Source: Alphaproteobacteria bacterium
GTDB lineage: Bacteria; Pseudomonadota; Alphaproteobacteria; UBA6615
Reading direction: 5' to 3'
NCBI GenBank assembly: GCA_021774575.1
Contig: JAJFIX010000017.1
Coordinates: forward strand, 3,924 to 67,923
Length of the DNA: 64,000 bases
A program made the translations under genes and the position numbers. Positions 30,070 to 39,740 of this stretch are shown in pieces. The notes beneath the pieces were generated by a model, which was not told the origin of the DNA, made no database searches, and worked only from the letters and a program-made list of their open reading frames with translations. Every line of letters begins with the position of its first letter. Position 1 is the stretch's first letter.

Positions 30070-31027
30070 TCAGCCGCTACTATCGTTCGCCACTAGCCGT
30101 CGTCCGGAAACCTCCAGTTCGGCCATTTTCCGCTCAAGCAACGGATAGACGAGCCGGCCATGGCGTTTGACCAGAGATCCGGCGATGAGAACGGTGTCGA
30201 CATTTGCTGGGTTGGCCTGAATAACAAGTGACTGGACCGGATCGTGGACAGGAAAAAGGTTTAGGTCGGTTTTGCGGATGAGGACGATATCGGCTTGTTT
30301 ACCTTGGGAGAGGGAGCCGATTTTTTTCTCAAGTCCGAGGTGGGTGGCGCCGCGTAGTGTCGCCCACTCAAGGGCGTCGATCGCAGCAGGTGAAATAGTT
30401 TCCACCTTCCGACCCGCGTCGATCCGACACTGGTTTTCGTATCCCCGTGCCGTTTGCAGGGCAAAGCGTAACACAGAAAACATATCGCCGCCAACGTCGC
30501 TTTCGATATCGACGCCGAGTGACGGTGCGCTAGCAAGTTCGAGAAGATGGTTGGTCACTGGCGTGCCAAATCCCATTTGCACCTCAACCTCCGGCGCAAT
30601 CGTAATGCCTGCCCCACGGTCGACGATGCATTTCAGCTCGTCGAGGGAAAGGGTGTTGGCATGGACAATGTTGAGTTTGGGCCCAAGGAGACCATGCGTG
30701 TCCATCAAGCCCACGCCATCCGGGTCTATCCGCTGGCCGCCACCCATATGCTGGCTGGCAGACAAGTCGAATTCCCGGGCGAGTTCGAGGTCTGCCCGGG
30801 TGACGTCCCAGGTCGCGTAATCGGGGCCAAGAATACACGTGGGCATTGACCAGACCCGGAATGACGATCATATCAGTTGCATCAAGGGTCTCTGCATCGG
30901 CTATATCGTCGATGGTTCCGATGTCGGCTATAATGGGGCCATCAATCAATATGTCGCCGCGCGGCAGCGCCCCGACGGTCGAGTCCATCGAAAGGATGGC
31001 GCCTCCCTTAATCAGCTTTTTTCCATC
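30070..31027 (-). pseudogene. decayed metal-dependent amidohydrolase (deaminase/chlorohydrolase-like)
   Basis: The N-terminal strand (D)GKKLIKGGAILSMDSTV..GDILIDG..IVIPGLVNAH is encoded at 31027-30836, but a stop lies at 31030-31028 and the only ATG is internal (30988). After VNAH the frame shifts. The remaining ORF (30846-30070) resumes only ~30 residues before the later His blocks (SQHM, IVHAN), so about 100 residues are missing. Confidence 0.7.
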
Positions 31028-31116
31028 CTATTCTTTCTTTTCTTAATGAATTTCGGGTTCTAGCATGTCACAGGTTTAATGCCTTATGCAGGTCGAATTA
31101 GCGCGAAATAGGAAAA

Positions 31117-33267
31117 ATGTCGGAACGATCATTTGCTGGAGAAATAGAGAAGCTGAGGCTGGGGGAGGGTGAGACCTTCTCTGGTGAAGGCATTCTTGCG
31201 ATCACCAAGGCGCTTTTGCAGTCGGGCGTATCCTATGTCGGCGGCTATCAGGGGGCGCCGATTTCTCATCTCCTCGACGTCATGGTTCAGGCCAAGGATT
31301 TGATGGGCGAGTTGGGTGTTCATGTCGAAGCCAATACGAATGAAGCCTCGGCGGCGGCGATGCTTGGTGCTTCGATCAGTTATCGGGTGCGCGGCGCAGT
31401 GACTTGGAAATCGATCGTCGGCACCAACGTTGCGTCCGACGCTCTTTCTAATCTCGCCTCGGCGGGTGTTATCGGTGGCGCCTTGGTCATTGTCGGTGAA
31501 GATTACGGTGAAGGAGCGAGTGTCATCCAGGAGCGCACTCTTGCGTTTGCCCTCAAATCCTCCATGTGGATGATCGATCCGCGACCAAACCTGGCCAGCA
31601 TGGTCGATTTGGTCGAGAAGGGGTTCGAGCTCTCTGAGGCGAGCAGCACGCCGGTGATGATGGGATTGCGCATTCGCGCATGCCATCTGATGGGCTCATT
31701 CGAGACAAAGAAAAACCGGATGGGCACCCTAAATACCAAGGATAAAGCGCCCGAGCCTGCCGGGTTCAATTATGCGCGACTCAGTCATCCGCCGGCGACC
31801 TTTGTTCAAGAGGCAAAAAAGATCGATCAACGATTGCCTGCAGCCGTGCAATATATTGTCGACCACGGGCTCAACGAAACTTTTCCCGGACCGGTTGATA
31901 CGGTCGGGATCATCATGCAGGGCGGGCTCTACAATACCGTTTTGCGCCGCCTTACCGCTCTTGGTCTTGCCGATGATTTCGGCAATAGCCAAATCCCTTT
32001 GCATATACTCAATGTGACCCATCCGCTGGTGCCCAAGGAAATCACCGAATTTTGCCAATCGAAAATGGCCGTTCTTGTGATTGAGGAAGGCAGCCCAGAA
32101 TTTATCGAGCAGCAGATAAACACGATTTTGCGCCGGGCCGATATTCAGACAAAAGTATTCGGCAAGGATGTGCTGGCGAACGCTGGGGAGTATACGGCCG
32201 AAATCGTCATGTCGGGGCTGGTCGATTTCTTTGGCGAGTCTGAGCCGGTTGGCATCATGCTCGAAGATGTACGCGACCGGGCGGCACGCCTGCTCAATTC
32301 TAGCCAGTCGGCTTCGGCGCATCTTGCGGCACCGCCGCCGCCCCGTCCGCCGGGATTTTGTACCGGCTGTCCCGAGCGCCCTGTTTTTTCAGCGATCAAG
32401 CTGCTTAAACAAGAACTCGGCGATTTTCATATTGCGACGGATATTGGCTGCCATGCCTTGGCCACCTTCGAGCCCTTCAGCATGGGGAATTCGATATTGG
32501 GCTATGGCATGAGCCTTGCCAGCGCTGCGGCGGTTGCGTCGTTTCAGGAAAAACGGCCGATCGCTATCATGGGCGACGGCGGGTTTTGGCATAACGGCAT
32601 GCAGACCGGTGTGTTGTCGCAGCTTTTCAATCATGGCGATGCGGTCCTGATCATCATGCAGAACGGCTATGCCTCGGCGACGGGGCAGCAATATTTGCCG
32701 CCAGCAACGACCCCAGACGGGGTCGGCGGTGGTGGAACCCAGGCCGGGGAAATTGAAGCGGCACTGCGGGCCTTACATGTAAAGTGGATCCGAACCGTGC
32801 GAACCTATGGCGTCAACACAATGCGCGACACGTTGCGCGAGGCGATGACAACAGATAAGCCCGGCTTGAAAGTCATTATTGCAGATGGCGAATGCATGCT
32901 GGCCCGCCAACGTCGACTGCGTCGGGTCAATGCCGAACGGTTGAACACGGGGGGGCGGGTGGTCGCGCCACGTTTCGGCATTGACGCCGAAATTTGTACC
33001 GGCGACCATGCTTGTATTCGCTTGTCCGGCTGTCCGTCATTGACGGTCATTGACAATCCAGATCCGCTCAAACGAGATCCAGTTGCTTCCATTGACAGCT
33101 CTTGTGTTGGTTGCGGCCTGTGCGGGGAAAACGCCCATGTCGCTTCACTCTGTCCGTCATTTTATGGTGTAGAGCGGGTGCAGAATGCCAAGTTGGTCGA
33201 ACGCCTGACCGATCGCGTACGCCGCCGAGTTATCGGCTGGTTTGCCGATGCAGATCAACCTGCCTAG
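31117..33267 (+). CDS. iorA: indolepyruvate/2-oxoacid:ferredoxin oxidoreductase alpha subunit
   Basis: 716 aa. TPP-binding block MGDGGFWHNG and two C-terminal ferredoxin-type Cys clusters (CTGDHACIRLSGCPS, CVGCGLCGENAHVASLCPS). Confidence 0.8.
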   Translation: MSERSFAGEIEKLRLGEGETFSGEGILAITKALLQSGVSYVGGYQGAPISHLLDVMVQAKDLMGELGVHVEANTNEASAAAMLGASISYRVRGAVTWKSIVGTNVASDALSNLASAGVIGGALVIVGEDYGEGASVIQERTLAFALKSSMWMIDPRPNLASMVDLVEKGFELSEASSTPVMMGLRIRACHLMGSFETKKNRMGTLNTKDKAPEPAGFNYARLSHPPATFVQEAKKIDQRLPAAVQYIVDHGLNETFPGPVDTVGIIMQGGLYNTVLRRLTALGLADDFGNSQIPLHILNVTHPLVPKEITEFCQSKMAVLVIEEGSPEFIEQQINTILRRADIQTKVFGKDVLANAGEYTAEIVMSGLVDFFGESEPVGIMLEDVRDRAARLLNSSQSASAHLAAPPPPRPPGFCTGCPERPVFSAIKLLKQELGDFHIATDIGCHALATFEPFSMGNSILGYGMSLASAAAVASFQEKRPIAIMGDGGFWHNGMQTGVLSQLFNHGDAVLIIMQNGYASATGQQYLPPATTPDGVGGGGTQAGEIEAALRALHVKWIRTVRTYGVNTMRDTLREAMTTDKPGLKVIIADGECMLARQRRLRRVNAERLNTGGRVVAPRFGIDAEICTGDHACIRLSGCPSLTVIDNPDPLKRDPVASIDSSCVGCGLCGENAHVASLCPSFYGVERVQNAKLVERLTDRVRRRVIGWFADADQPA

Positions 33268-33275
33268 GCCATATT

Positions 33276-34703
33276 ATGAGTAAGGAAAGCGTACGGCCGG
33301 TCACCATTTTAATTGCCGCCCTTGGTGGCGAGGGTGGTGGGGTGCTGATGAATTGGATTGTTGAGGCCGCGCACTTGGCCCGATTTCCCGTGCAGGCAAC
33401 ATCGGTTCCCGGCGTCGCGCAGCGGACCGGCGCCACCACATATTATATTGAACTGATGCCCGGTAAAGCCGATGGCAATATACCCGTCATGTCTTTGTCA
33501 CCCGTGCAGGGTGAAATAGATGTGATGGTTTCGACCGAATTAGCCGAGGCCTCGCGGGCCCTGGCTGGCGGATTTATTTCTTCCGACCGCACCGCCCTGA
33601 TTGCGTCGACCCACCGCCATTATATGAATTTGGAAAAAATGGCGATGGGAGAAGGGCGGTTGAGCGGTGACGAGGTACGGGCGGCCCTGGAAAAATCTGC
33701 CCGTAGCAGCGTGTTGTTTGACGCAGCGGAATTGGCGCTGGAAAACGGCGTTCATGTTAACGCCATCATGTTGGGCACAATCGCGCGAACCGGATTGTTG
33801 GGTATTGATCGCGAGCATTTCATTGGCGCCATTGGCCGGTCGGGCAAATCGGTAGACGCCAATTTAAAGGGTTTCGAACTTGGCTTGACCATTTCCGATG
33901 AGAGCGAACTGGACTTAGTGGACAAAAAATCTGTTTTTCTCTCCGGCCCAGACGCGGTTGAAGATGCAGTCCGGCGTCTCGAAAAATACCAGAATGCCAA
34001 ATATGCGCAGAAATACCGTGATCGATTGGCGCCGTTTCAGGCTGGCGACCCGGTTGTCGCCGAAGCGGTGGCGCGGCATTTAGCTATACGGATGACCTAT
34101 GACGATATCATTCGGGTCGCCCAGGCTAAGATCGGTGCAGGCCGCTTGGATCGCATCCGCGGCGAAGCCGGAGCGCAACCGGGGGAACCGCTCTACGTTA
34201 CGGATTTTTTTAAGCCGGGCGTTCAGGAAGTTGCCGATCTTTTGCCGCCGCGCTTGGCACGAGCATGCCTGAACTGGGCGGCGAAAAAGGATCGGATGCA
34301 TCGAGTGTCCTGGCCGCTGTATATCCGAACCACGACTGTGTTTGGATTTCTAAAAATCTGGGCTCTGGCGAAATTGCGCTGGTGGCGCCCGCGCTCATTT
34401 CGCTGGACCTTTGAGCAAGAGGAGATCGACTTGTGGCTCGCTGCGATCCGGCAGATGGGAACTCTTGACGTTGGCGCGGCAAGGGAAATTGCAGAGCTTT
34501 CAGGTCTGATCAAGGGGTACGGAGCGACACATGCTCGGGGGATGCATAGCTATAACAAAATTCTAACTGCCCTAATTGACCCAGTCTTAACGGGCGAGGC
34601 GCCTCCGCGACCTCGGCTTGCCGCGCAAATTCTTGAGGCGCGCCTCGCAGCGCTGGCCGATCCCGACGGTGCGGCTTTGGACGCGTGCCTGGAGGCCGAC
34701 TAG
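33276..34703 (+). CDS. iorB: indolepyruvate oxidoreductase beta subunit
   Basis: Start moved to the ATG at 33276 (MSKESVRPVTILIAALGGEGGGVLMNW, the POR-gamma-type GGEGGG motif), 9 nt after the iorA stop. Confidence 0.75.
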   Translation: MSKESVRPVTILIAALGGEGGGVLMNWIVEAAHLARFPVQATSVPGVAQRTGATTYYIELMPGKADGNIPVMSLSPVQGEIDVMVSTELAEASRALAGGFISSDRTALIASTHRHYMNLEKMAMGEGRLSGDEVRAALEKSARSSVLFDAAELALENGVHVNAIMLGTIARTGLLGIDREHFIGAIGRSGKSVDANLKGFELGLTISDESELDLVDKKSVFLSGPDAVEDAVRRLEKYQNAKYAQKYRDRLAPFQAGDPVVAEAVARHLAIRMTYDDIIRVAQAKIGAGRLDRIRGEAGAQPGEPLYVTDFFKPGVQEVADLLPPRLARACLNWAAKKDRMHRVSWPLYIRTTTVFGFLKIWALAKLRWWRPRSFRWTFEQEEIDLWLAAIRQMGTLDVGAAREIAELSGLIKGYGATHARGMHSYNKILTALIDPVLTGEAPPRPRLAAQILEARLAALADPDGAALDACLEAD

Positions 34704-36016
34704 ATAGGCAGGGAGATTTCTGCGCGCAATCCGCCCATTGGGCTCTCGGAAAGAGTGATCTTGCCGCCATGCTCGTGGACGATATCTTGGGCAATCGATA
34801 GTCCCAAGCCGGTGCCGCCGGTGTCGATGTTCCGCGACGTATCAATCCGAAAAAATGGGCGAAATACCTCGTCGCGATGGGCCTCGGGGATGCCCGGCCC
34901 ATCGTCATCCACGATGATGGCTATATGGTCACCCATACTGTTTGTCGATATTTGAACTTTTTCAGCGCCATAGCGCAGTCCATTGGTGGCCAGATTGGTC
35001 AGGCACCGCTTGAATGCTTCTTTGCGTAGGCTGATTTCAGTTATGTCGAGATGGCCACACTCAATTTCTTTCTCATTGATGCGCGCATTTTTCGCCACAT
35101 CCCTGATCAATGCGTCGATCCGGACGGTTTGTGTTTTTTCTTCGCCTTCGCCGCGAACAAAATCGAGATAACCGGCGATCATATTTTCCATTTCGGTGAC
35201 ATCGTGCGCCATTTCGGCGGCGTCATCGTCGTTGGTCAGCATGGCAAGCTGTAGCTTCATGCGGGTCAATGGCGTACGTAAATCATGGCTGACCCCCGCA
35301 AGCATAAACGTGCGTTGCTGGACCTGGCGATTGATGCGTTCGCGCATGGCCAAAAAGGCGGCGGCGGCCTGGCGTACTTCGGCGGCGCCCGACGGTTCAA
35401 GGTCTGTCTCTATATGGCCCTTGCCGAAACTCTCGGCTGCCCGGGCAAGACGGCGTATAGGGCGAACCTGGTTGCGCATGAAAAGGGTGGCGACACCAAA
35501 CAGGATGATCGATGTCCCAATCATCCAGGCGACGAAAATACGGGTGGTCGAACTGATTAGCCGTTCGCTATCTGTCGCCACCCGTAGAATTTCGTCACCG
35601 GTATCAATCCAAATGATGACGCGTTTGGACTGAGCGTCCGTGTCAATGATGTAGGCGTTTCGAAATGGGCCATCCAGGGCGACGGCGAGTGTTTTTTGCA
35701 AGTTTCCGCTGGGCTCGAATGTTCCGTCGATGACCGGTCCTTCAGTCGTGACCTCGAATTCGAGCCGGATGGTGGACGCCGCCAAATATGCGAGTTCGGT
35801 CTCCGAAAACCTGGGATCCGCCTGGCTGCGTAATAGTTTGACTAGGGTGATTTCACCAACCAGATCAAGTGCACGGTGACGACTGACCGTTGACCAATGT
35901 CGGTCATAAAAAATTATGCCGGTGACAATTTGGAGGAGTACCAGCGGGATCATGATGATCAACAAAGACCGGCCGAGCAGGCCGCGGGGCAGGAATTTTT
36001 TGATACCCAGCTTCAA
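34700..36016 (-). CDS. EnvZ-like sensor histidine kinase
   Basis: 438 aa. Two TM segments plus HAMP, H-box GVSHDLRTPLTR and ATPase boxes VDDDGPGIPE and GGTGLGLSIAQ. Confidence 0.85.
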   Translation of the reverse strand: MKLGIKKFLPRGLLGRSLLIIMIPLVLLQIVTGIIFYDRHWSTVSRHRALDLVGEITLVKLLRSQADPRFSETELAYLAASTIRLEFEVTTEGPVIDGTFEPSGNLQKTLAVALDGPFRNAYIIDTDAQSKRVIIWIDTGDEILRVATDSERLISSTTRIFVAWMIGTSIILFGVATLFMRNQVRPIRRLARAAESFGKGHIETDLEPSGAAEVRQAAAAFLAMRERINRQVQQRTFMLAGVSHDLRTPLTRMKLQLAMLTNDDDAAEMAHDVTEMENMIAGYLDFVRGEGEEKTQTVRIDALIRDVAKNARINEKEIECGHLDITEISLRKEAFKRCLTNLATNGLRYGAEKVQISTNSMGDHIAIIVDDDGPGIPEAHRDEVFRPFFRIDTSRNIDTGGTGLGLSIAQDIVHEHGGKITLSESPMGGLRAEISLPI

Positions 36017-36043
36017 TTCTCTATTCCCTGACTATCGGTAAAA

Positions 36044-36727
36044 CTAATCTGGTTGGAGGACATATCCTTGCCCCCGCACAGTTTGCAGATAGCGAGGCAC
36101 TTTGGGAGTCGGTTCTATTTTACGTCGGAGCCGGGTGACTTGCACATCGATTGCCCTACCTCCGCCGGTCAAGCCGCTGAGACGTTGCAAGTCGTCGCGG
36201 CTAATTGGCGTGCCTGGACGGCCGGCAAGCACCCGCAAAAGCAGTACCTCCGACGTCGTCAGGCGAATTGGCCCATCCTCTCCTGTCAGTGTCTCGCGGT
36301 CCAGGTCAAATCGGTATCGCCCAAGTTTAATTTCACCGGTTGCCGCTTTACGTGTCGTGACCCGGCGTAGGATACCGCGCACCCGCGCGACCAGTTCCGC
36401 CGGCTCAAACGGCTTGGTTAAATAGTCGTCGGCACCGCGCTCCAGCCCGTCAATACGGTTTTGGGTCTCGGCCATTGCCGTCAACAATAAAATCGGAACG
36501 TCACCGCGTCGCCGCAATTCGTCAGTGAGGTCCAGGCCGGATTCGCCGGGCATCATGACGTCAAGAATGAGTAGGTCGAATACCAGGCTCTGCAATTTCG
36601 ACCTGGCGTCGGCAACGTCTGAGGCGACGGTGATCCGGAAACCCTGGTCACCTAGATAGCGGTGCAATAATTCGCGAAGACGTCGGTCGTCATCGACGAC
36701 GAGAATGTGGGGTGCTTCTTCGATCAT
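36044..36727 (-). CDS. OmpR-family response regulator (PetR/CenR-like)
   Basis: Receiver ILVVDDD...LLILDVMMPG...TKPF plus winged-helix LTTSEVLLLRVL...YLQTVRGQGYVL. Start moved to Met20 (36727). Confidence 0.85.
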   Translation of the reverse strand: MIEEAPHILVVDDDRRLRELLHRYLGDQGFRITVASDVADARSKLQSLVFDLLILDVMMPGESGLDLTDELRRRGDVPILLLTAMAETQNRIDGLERGADDYLTKPFEPAELVARVRGILRRVTTRKAATGEIKLGRYRFDLDRETLTGEDGPIRLTTSEVLLLRVLAGRPGTPISRDDLQRLSGLTGGGRAIDVQVTRLRRKIEPTPKVPRYLQTVRGQGYVLQPD

Positions 36728-36764
36728 GTACGCTACCTTTCCAGCTTTCGGATGCAAACAGCGA

Positions 36765-37322
36765 TCAATCGCCCTGCCGGTCATGGTTTTCGGGTTTTTG
36801 GCTCGTGGTATCTGGGCTCGCGCGTTGGGAGTTGCCGCGCTGCGGCGTCGTCACCCGGCGCCGATCTTCTTCATTGACGATGCCCAGCATAACTTCGCGA
36901 AACCCTTGCACCGCTTCTGCGCCCGCGTCGCGATAGGCATGAGCAATCCTTCTGAGTTGGGTCTCGGAAAGCTCATTTTCTAGGCGTTTGCCCTTTTCGG
37001 TCAGGGTAAGCTGGCGCCGCCTGCCGTCATTTGGATCCGGCTTTTGGTCGACAAAACTCTGTTCAACCAGGGCGCCGAGAACCCGCGACAGGCTTTGTTT
37101 TGTGATTTTGAGAATATCCAGCAACTCACCAACCGATAATCCCGGGTGGCGACCGACAAAATAAATGACCCGGTGATGGGCCCGACCAAACCCCGACCGC
37201 GCCAAGATTTCGTCCGGCTCGCCGGTAAAATCGCGATAGGCATAGAATAGCAGTTCTATGCCCTGACGGAGATCGTCCTGGCGCAGGAAGAGGGGATTGA
37301 TACCTGATTTAAGGTCAACCAT
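36765..37322 (-). CDS. MarR-family transcriptional regulator (PetP-like)
   Basis: 185 aa. Winged HTH LSVGELLDILKITKQSLSRVLGALVEQSFVDQKPDPNDGRRRQLTLTEKG. Lies directly upstream of the response regulator gene. Confidence 0.8.
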   Translation of the reverse strand: MVDLKSGINPLFLRQDDLRQGIELLFYAYRDFTGEPDEILARSGFGRAHHRVIYFVGRHPGLSVGELLDILKITKQSLSRVLGALVEQSFVDQKPDPNDGRRRQLTLTEKGKRLENELSETQLRRIAHAYRDAGAEAVQGFREVMLGIVNEEDRRRVTTPQRGNSQRASPDTTSQKPENHDRQGD

Positions 37323-37430
37323 ATTGACATAAATAACCGACGAATGTTACCTGTTGCAAGTCCCAAATGAAAGAATACGTCTTTTGGGCCTGGAGATTTA
37401 GGCGGACTTGGAAATTTGAGGGGAAGATAG

Positions 37431-38330
37431 ATGGTACAGGCCTTCGATGACCGCGACGGTGTGATTTGGATGAATGGCGAGTTCGTGCCATGGCGCGACG
37501 CCAAGCTGCATGTATTGAGCCATGCCTTGCACTATGCCAGCTCGGTTTTCGAAGGTGTGCGTGCCTATGAAGGCCATATCTTTAAGCTGACCGAGCATTC
37601 GGAAAGGTTGGCTCTTTCGGCTGAAACCTTGGGCATGGAGCTTGAATATTCCGTTGCCGAACTCGATGCCGTTTGCCTCGATGCGCTGGCTAAATCCGGC
37701 CTCAAAAACGCCTATATCCGCCCGGTTGCCTGGCGCGGTTCGGAAATGATGGGGGTCTCGGCCCAAGAGACGCGGATTAACACCGCGGTGGCGGTCTGGG
37801 AATGGCCGTCCTATTTTTCCCCCGAGGCGCGGTTGAAGGGCATTCGTCTCGGCCACGCGAAATATCGCCGGCCGGACCCAAAAACGGCACCGGTGCATGC
37901 CAAGGCGGCGGGGTTATATATGATCTGTACCCTGTCAAAGCATCATGCGGAAAAAGAAGGCTATGCCGATGCGCTGATGCTCGACTGGCGGGGGCAAATT
38001 GCCGAAACGACGGGAGCCAATATATTCCTCGTTCAGGATGGGGTCATCCACACGCCAAAACCTGACTGTTTCCTCGACGGGATCACCAGACGGTCGGTGA
38101 TTGAGCTGGCCCGGGCGCGGGGCTATGAGATTGTCGAGCGGGCGATCATGCCCGAAGAGCTTGCTAAAACCAGCGAAATTTTCATCACCGGCACGGCTGC
38201 CGAAGTGACGCCGATTGCCGAAATAGGCGATGCGAAATTTGCCGTCGGCGATATTACCCGGACGTTGATGGAAGATTACGACGCCCTGGTTCGCGGCGGC
38301 GTTGACCAGCAAATACAGGCGGCAGACTGA
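37431..38330 (+). CDS. ilvE: branched-chain amino acid aminotransferase (class IV)
   Basis: 299 aa. HYASSVFEGVRAY, YIRPVAWRG, KAAGLYM, ETTGANIF and GITRRSVIELA blocks. Confidence 0.9.
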   Translation: MVQAFDDRDGVIWMNGEFVPWRDAKLHVLSHALHYASSVFEGVRAYEGHIFKLTEHSERLALSAETLGMELEYSVAELDAVCLDALAKSGLKNAYIRPVAWRGSEMMGVSAQETRINTAVAVWEWPSYFSPEARLKGIRLGHAKYRRPDPKTAPVHAKAAGLYMICTLSKHHAEKEGYADALMLDWRGQIAETTGANIFLVQDGVIHTPKPDCFLDGITRRSVIELARARGYEIVERAIMPEELAKTSEIFITGTAAEVTPIAEIGDAKFAVGDITRTLMEDYDALVRGGVDQQIQAAD

Positions 38331-38345
38331 CGGGGCTCGTTATAG

Positions 38346-39245
38346 CTACAAGTCTGAAATAGTGCCGAGTAGTTTCCCCAAAAGGTCGCCGAGGCCATCC
38401 AATCCGTCCTCGAAAATGCCGCCGACCTCAATTAAAAACTCCGGCTCGTATTCTATCGGCTGGTCAAATCGGCGGTCTTGAGCCAGCTCGGATAAGGACA
38501 GGCCACCCGAGCCGTCATAATCGAAGGAGAAGACAAGGGTTCGCGCCAGCAGAGGTCCGGCCACCGATGCTCCGGCGACGGCTTTCAAAAGTTCGCTTTC
38601 CTCAATTTCAGATTGCCCGTCCTCGCCGATCGAGATCAGCGAGGTGAAATGGACAAATATTCTGGCGGCGCGCGCTGTTTCCGCCGCACTCAGTTCGCCA
38701 TCGCCGGTGACGTCAGCCATTTTCATCAATTCGCCCAGGCAGAGTGCCAAATCGCTCCCGTCGCAAAAGGGTTCGAGGTCCGGCTGTTTCAATAAGAATT
38801 CAATGACTTCCCCGTGGGGGATCTGCCAGCGTGGCGGTGCACTGGCGCAGGTTAAAACTGAGTTTTCCGCATTGAGGCTGGGCGGTGTCGCGTTTTCGTC
38901 GTTGGGTCGAGGGCGTTCGCGCACCCGGAATAATCGGTTGGCCTGGCGTTTGAAAAAAATTGGATCGTCATCATCTTCCATCGATATTTCAAACCAGCCA
39001 TCGCCGATGGGCTGAGAGTTTAGTCGGTAGGTGCTGATTTCGTCATCGTCAAATACGATCAGCAAGCCATCGTCCAATCCGGCGATCGTTGGGCCGGTAA
39101 TGATCGCCGGTTCGCCGGTCGCACAGGCATCTTGCGACCAGATGCCCATGAATTCCGGGGGAATTTGAGCCTGTAGCGGGCGAACGGCCAAGACAGCGAA
39201 ACCGATGAGAAGGAAGGATAGCGCAAAAATTCTGCTCTGCTGCAT
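38346..39245 (-). CDS. secreted protein with two EF-hand-like Ca-binding loops
   Basis: Signal peptide ending LQAQ. Canonical 12-residue loops DVTGDGELSAAE and DYDGSGGLSLSE (D1, x3, D/S5, G6, E12). Confidence 0.55.
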   Translation of the reverse strand: MQQSRIFALSFLLIGFAVLAVRPLQAQIPPEFMGIWSQDACATGEPAIITGPTIAGLDDGLLIVFDDDEISTYRLNSQPIGDGWFEISMEDDDDPIFFKRQANRLFRVRERPRPNDENATPPSLNAENSVLTCASAPPRWQIPHGEVIEFLLKQPDLEPFCDGSDLALCLGELMKMADVTGDGELSAAETARAARIFVHFTSLISIGEDGQSEIEESELLKAVAGASVAGPLLARTLVFSFDYDGSGGLSLSELAQDRRFDQPIEYEPEFLIEVGGIFEDGLDGLGDLLGKLLGTISDL

Positions 39246-39298
39246 GGCGAAAGCTCCATTTTTTGGCCTGTTTCTACCAACTGTACTCGAATTTCGGG

Positions 39299-39739
39299 TT
39301 ATTTCCAGCGCGCTGCTGCGGCGGCGTCCCCATCATGGGCATCGACCCACGTTTCTCCCAACTGAGTTTCTTCCAATTTCCAAAACGGCGCTTCGGTTTT
39401 CAGCCAATCGATCAGGTAATTGCAGGCCTCAAATGCTGCCTGGCGATGGGCCGAAGCGGTGGCGACCAGGACAATCCGGTCGCCGGGGCTCAGTTCGCCA
39501 TGCCGGTGGATGATCAGCACCTCGTCCAAAGGCCAGCGCTTTCGTGCCGCTGCCTCCAACTCGGCGAGTCGCTTTTCAGTCATCGCCGGATAGTGTTCTA
39601 AGGTCATTTTCCGGATGCTGCCACCCCCATCGCGCACTAGGCCGGTGAAGCTGACAACAGCGCCGATATCGGTTTTGCCGTCGGCCATTGCGGCTAGTTC
39701 TCCGCCGACATCAAAATCCTGTTCCTGGACTTTGATCAT
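39299..39739 (-). CDS. moaE: molybdopterin synthase catalytic subunit
   Basis: 146 aa. GAVVSFTGLVRD, LEHYPAMTE, HRHGEL.PGD and PFWK blocks. Adjacent to moaD. Confidence 0.9.
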   Translation of the reverse strand: MIKVQEQDFDVGGELAAMADGKTDIGAVVSFTGLVRDGGGSIRKMTLEHYPAMTEKRLAELEAAARKRWPLDEVLIIHRHGELSPGDRIVLVATASAHRQAAFEACNYLIDWLKTEAPFWKLEETQLGETWVDAHDGDAAAAARWK

Positions 39740-39740
39740 G

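Noticed and set aside
34700-34703. Convergent genes sharing stop codons (iorB/kinase at CTAG 34700-34703; cyclase/GNAT at TTAG 61732-61735).
   Set aside because: The overlaps are real but are best explained by general genome compaction. There is no evidence of a special mechanism.
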